From: the human T2T-CHM13v2.0 reference genome, Homo sapiens
Strand: one strand, 5' to 3'
DNA length: 64,000 nt
Assembly (NCBI RefSeq): GCF_009914755.1
Contig: NC_060936.1
This document shows positions 56,491 through 64,000 of this stretch, piece after piece; positions within the stretch are counted from its first letter, which is position 1, and each line of letters starts with the position of its first letter. The position numbers and the translations under genes are program-made. The notes beneath the pieces are model-generated. The model saw only the letters and a list, made by a program, of their open reading frames with translations. It was not told where the DNA came from and did no database searches.

Positions 56491-56992
56491 TCAAGTCAGG
56501 AGCTGGGAAGCTGCAGATCAGCCCCCACTTCTTGAGGACCGTGATGACAAAAGCTTCCTCTGGGGACCTGGCTGCAATGGCCAGCAGAGAGGCAGGCCCT
56601 TTCTCCACCTCCATGCAGGCCACGGAGCCTCACCTCCCCTCCCAGGTGGCACATGTGTCCAGAGTCTTTCCTCACCATCCCAGAGGGGTCACAAAGGATG
56701 GCTGGGAACCATGACGCAGGAGTGACGTCTTGCCAGAGCTGCAGGACCCAAGCACTTTCCTCCGCCCAAGTCCATCTTCTTGTCATCAAACTCCACCCAG
56801 GCCCCTTTCCATGTGGTCTCCTTGGTCACACAACGCCTGCATGCCCCCCTCAGCTCTGCCCTCCACTCTGCCCCACAGGCTGCTGGTAAGTCTCTCCTGC
56901 AGCTTCTCACAGCTGGGAGCCGCAGTTTTTCATCTCTCCAAACTCCTAGCCTGGAGCCAGACACAGTCACCATCACAAGGGAAACGGAGGCA

Positions 56993-58090
<1,098 letters not shown>

Positions 58091-60332
58091 TCTGCATGGT
58101 CCATGAAGGCTGGGAGAAAGCCCCTCATTCACTGGGACACACAGCTACTGCACTGCAATTCACAGTGGCCATACTGCAAGTGCTCAGGTGACATGTGTGT
58201 GGCTCCTGGCTGCCGGGTCACACAGCGTGGGGCTAGGAGATGGGCAGGAGGAGAATCAACCCCAATTCACAGATGCTGAAACTGAGGGCACAAAGGGGGA
58301 AGCCACTTGCTGAATGAGTCACAGCTGGCAAGCGACAGCGGCTCCGTTTTTAGCCAGCACGCTGCACAGCTGCCGCTGCATCAAAGGTTCTGCACAGGAC
58401 TGCAAGTCCCGGGGGAAAGGCTGGGAAATACAGAGGGGAGGCAAAAGGAGAAACGCAGAGAGAAATAAGGACAAGGGCGGACAGAGGCGGAGCAACTCAC
58501 AGTGAAGGACAGAGGAGGGTTGGCTGGGGGAATGGTGCAGCAGAGGGAAGGGTGGCGGTGCCCCAAGACCCTGCACCTTGAAGGGCCTGGCCCTGGAGGC
58601 CGCTGTCCCCTCCTCTCCCAGCCATGCACTTTATTCTTTTGCTCTGAGGAAAATTACAGCGACTGCCTCTGCCCCCCAAGCCCGAGCGGTTCCAGTCTGT
58701 CCCCCAATGAAACACGCCAGCCCTGAGTCATGGGTGGTCACCACTGCTGGGAGCAACGCTCCTGCCTGGAAGACAGCACAGACTGCGGGGCCACTGCTGG
58801 CATCCGCAGTGGACACTCAGCCGCTGTCCCTTCCCACCAGGGCAACGCATGGAACAGAGCTGGCCATCCTCAGGGGAGAGCAAGGGAAAGCTCATCACCA
58901 GAAGCCCAGTGCTGCCGGGTACAGGCACGAGGGCTTTGCTTTAGGCAACCTCGTTCTGTGCCTGGCTCCCCGGGTCTCTGGCGTGAGCCATGAAAGACAG
59001 CTGCTCTGTGCGGTTGCAAGCGGCCGTCGAGCTCCCCAGCTTCCCATCCCACGACCTTCACCCTCCTCTGCACAGAAGCATGGCTGCCGCCCTGAAAGAG
59101 CCTCTGTCTCCACATCCGCTTCAGTCTCCTGCCTCTGCTGCCTGCAGGCTGACCTCAACATTTCCATGTTTCCACCAAGTGGAACCATGCTATTGAATGC
59201 TGTTATTGTCGCCATCCCCGTTATCCTAGCAACATTTCCTAAGATTGGGACCCGGGACCACCGGGTCATGTGATGCACAGGCAGGTGCATCTTATATGGC
59301 CCCACAAGCCTACCTCCCTCCCTGCAGAAAGCCCAAGTCCAGGGGCTAGGGTTCCATCCTGTCCCCTCCACTCCCCTCCCTTCTGGGGAACTTGGTGAGC
59401 AAGTCCTGAATCCATATAAGCAATTGGCATTGGTATCTGTGGTTGTCTCTGTCGATCACAAGGGCTCTGGTAGAGGATGGTGCCCACATGCATCCATCTT
59501 TCCCAGCCCTGGACTCTCCCTGTTCTCCTGGCAGGTGCAGAGGCCAACGCACCTGACTTACATCTGTTGCCCTGACACGTGAGGAAAGAGGAACACAGAG
59601 GAGAGCTGCTGCTGCGAGGAGGGGGCAGGGGATCTGCACGCCCAGACACTCGAGGGATTCTAGAAGCTTTTACCCACTCCCCTTCGCAGCCAGGGCCTCA
59701 AGGGTGGGTCAGGCAGCCACCCCTGGATTAGCCGCCACTGCGTCCCTCCCCCAGCTCTGCTCACATCTGCTTCATTACCCACATGCCTCCCTCAGTAAGA
59801 AGGAGGTGTGGAAATAACAGCGTTTGTGGGCCCCATCCATACCCCTCCTCCGATGGCCTCTCGACAGCCCAGGAAGCATGAGAGCCGGTGCTCCCAGGCT
59901 GCTGCCTGGGCTGGGAACGCTGGCATCTGCCTCCTGCTTCCAGCCAGAGTCATCGACAATATGAAGGCAATAAACAGAGGCTATTCAGGCCAAGCGACCA
60001 GGGACAGATGCAGTCATAGATGGGAAGCCAGTGATACACAAAGCAGCACATTCTCTGGGACCTCAGGGGGCCCAAGAAGGGCAGCAGGGGCAGGTGGGGC
60101 TCACCCACAACCTGAGCGTCTGCTCAGGACTCGGAATCCAAAGGCCCCACCCACATCTGCCTCCACCTCTGTGGCTTTAGCAGGAATAAACCTAGAGGTC
60201 TCAGAACTGGGCAAGGGACACCTCACAGACGCCCACAACCCAACCGGACCCTGGCTTCTTTCACCGACATCAGTGAACTCCCTGCGCCGGGCCAGGATCA
60301 GGAACGAACCTGTGGCTGCTGACATGAAGTAA

Positions 60333-64000
<3,668 letters not shown>

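Noticed and set aside
58578-60332. 231-aa and 174-aa plus-strand ORFs
   Set aside because: No recognisable domain, non-ATG starts, no splice or promoter context; expected by chance in GC-rich intron

Overview
Human (primate) genomic DNA from the interior of KDM2B (FBXL10/JHDM1B, H3K36 demethylase and PRC1.1 subunit), transcribed on the minus strand. The window holds four long-isoform coding exons, from the C-terminal end of the JmjC domain onward (56152-56267, 46722-46848, 43016-43488, 28028-28114; by my recollection exons 9-12). It also holds the CpG-island internal promoter and first coding exon (583-636, MAMSVSAEDDDYESEPDQ) of the JmjC-less short isoform KDM2B-SF. The introns are very Alu-rich (roughly 90-100 copies/fragments by eye) and contain L1, MIR, MLT1 and Tigger3a/MER fossils, a ~2.5 kb C-rich VNTR and an Alu-derived 31-bp minisatellite. 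Almost all long ORFs in the supplied track are GC- or Alu-derived artefacts. The best candidate for an undescribed system is an Alu-free ~1.3 kb block (51.28-52.59 kb) in the intron right after the last JmjC exon. It contains five candidate exons (19/15, 32, 284, 52, 124/158 nt), each of which puts an early stop in the JmjC frame. Four of them chain into one open frame that re-enters KDM2B in phase, and the block also has a non-Alu AATAAA cluster and two perfect hairpins. It could act as a poison-exon, polyadenylation or alternative-N-terminus switch. The SF promoter carries a perfect POU-dimer MORE palindrome and a tight uORF cassette. All regulatory interpretations are inferences from sequence, and some may already be annotated as minor transcripts.
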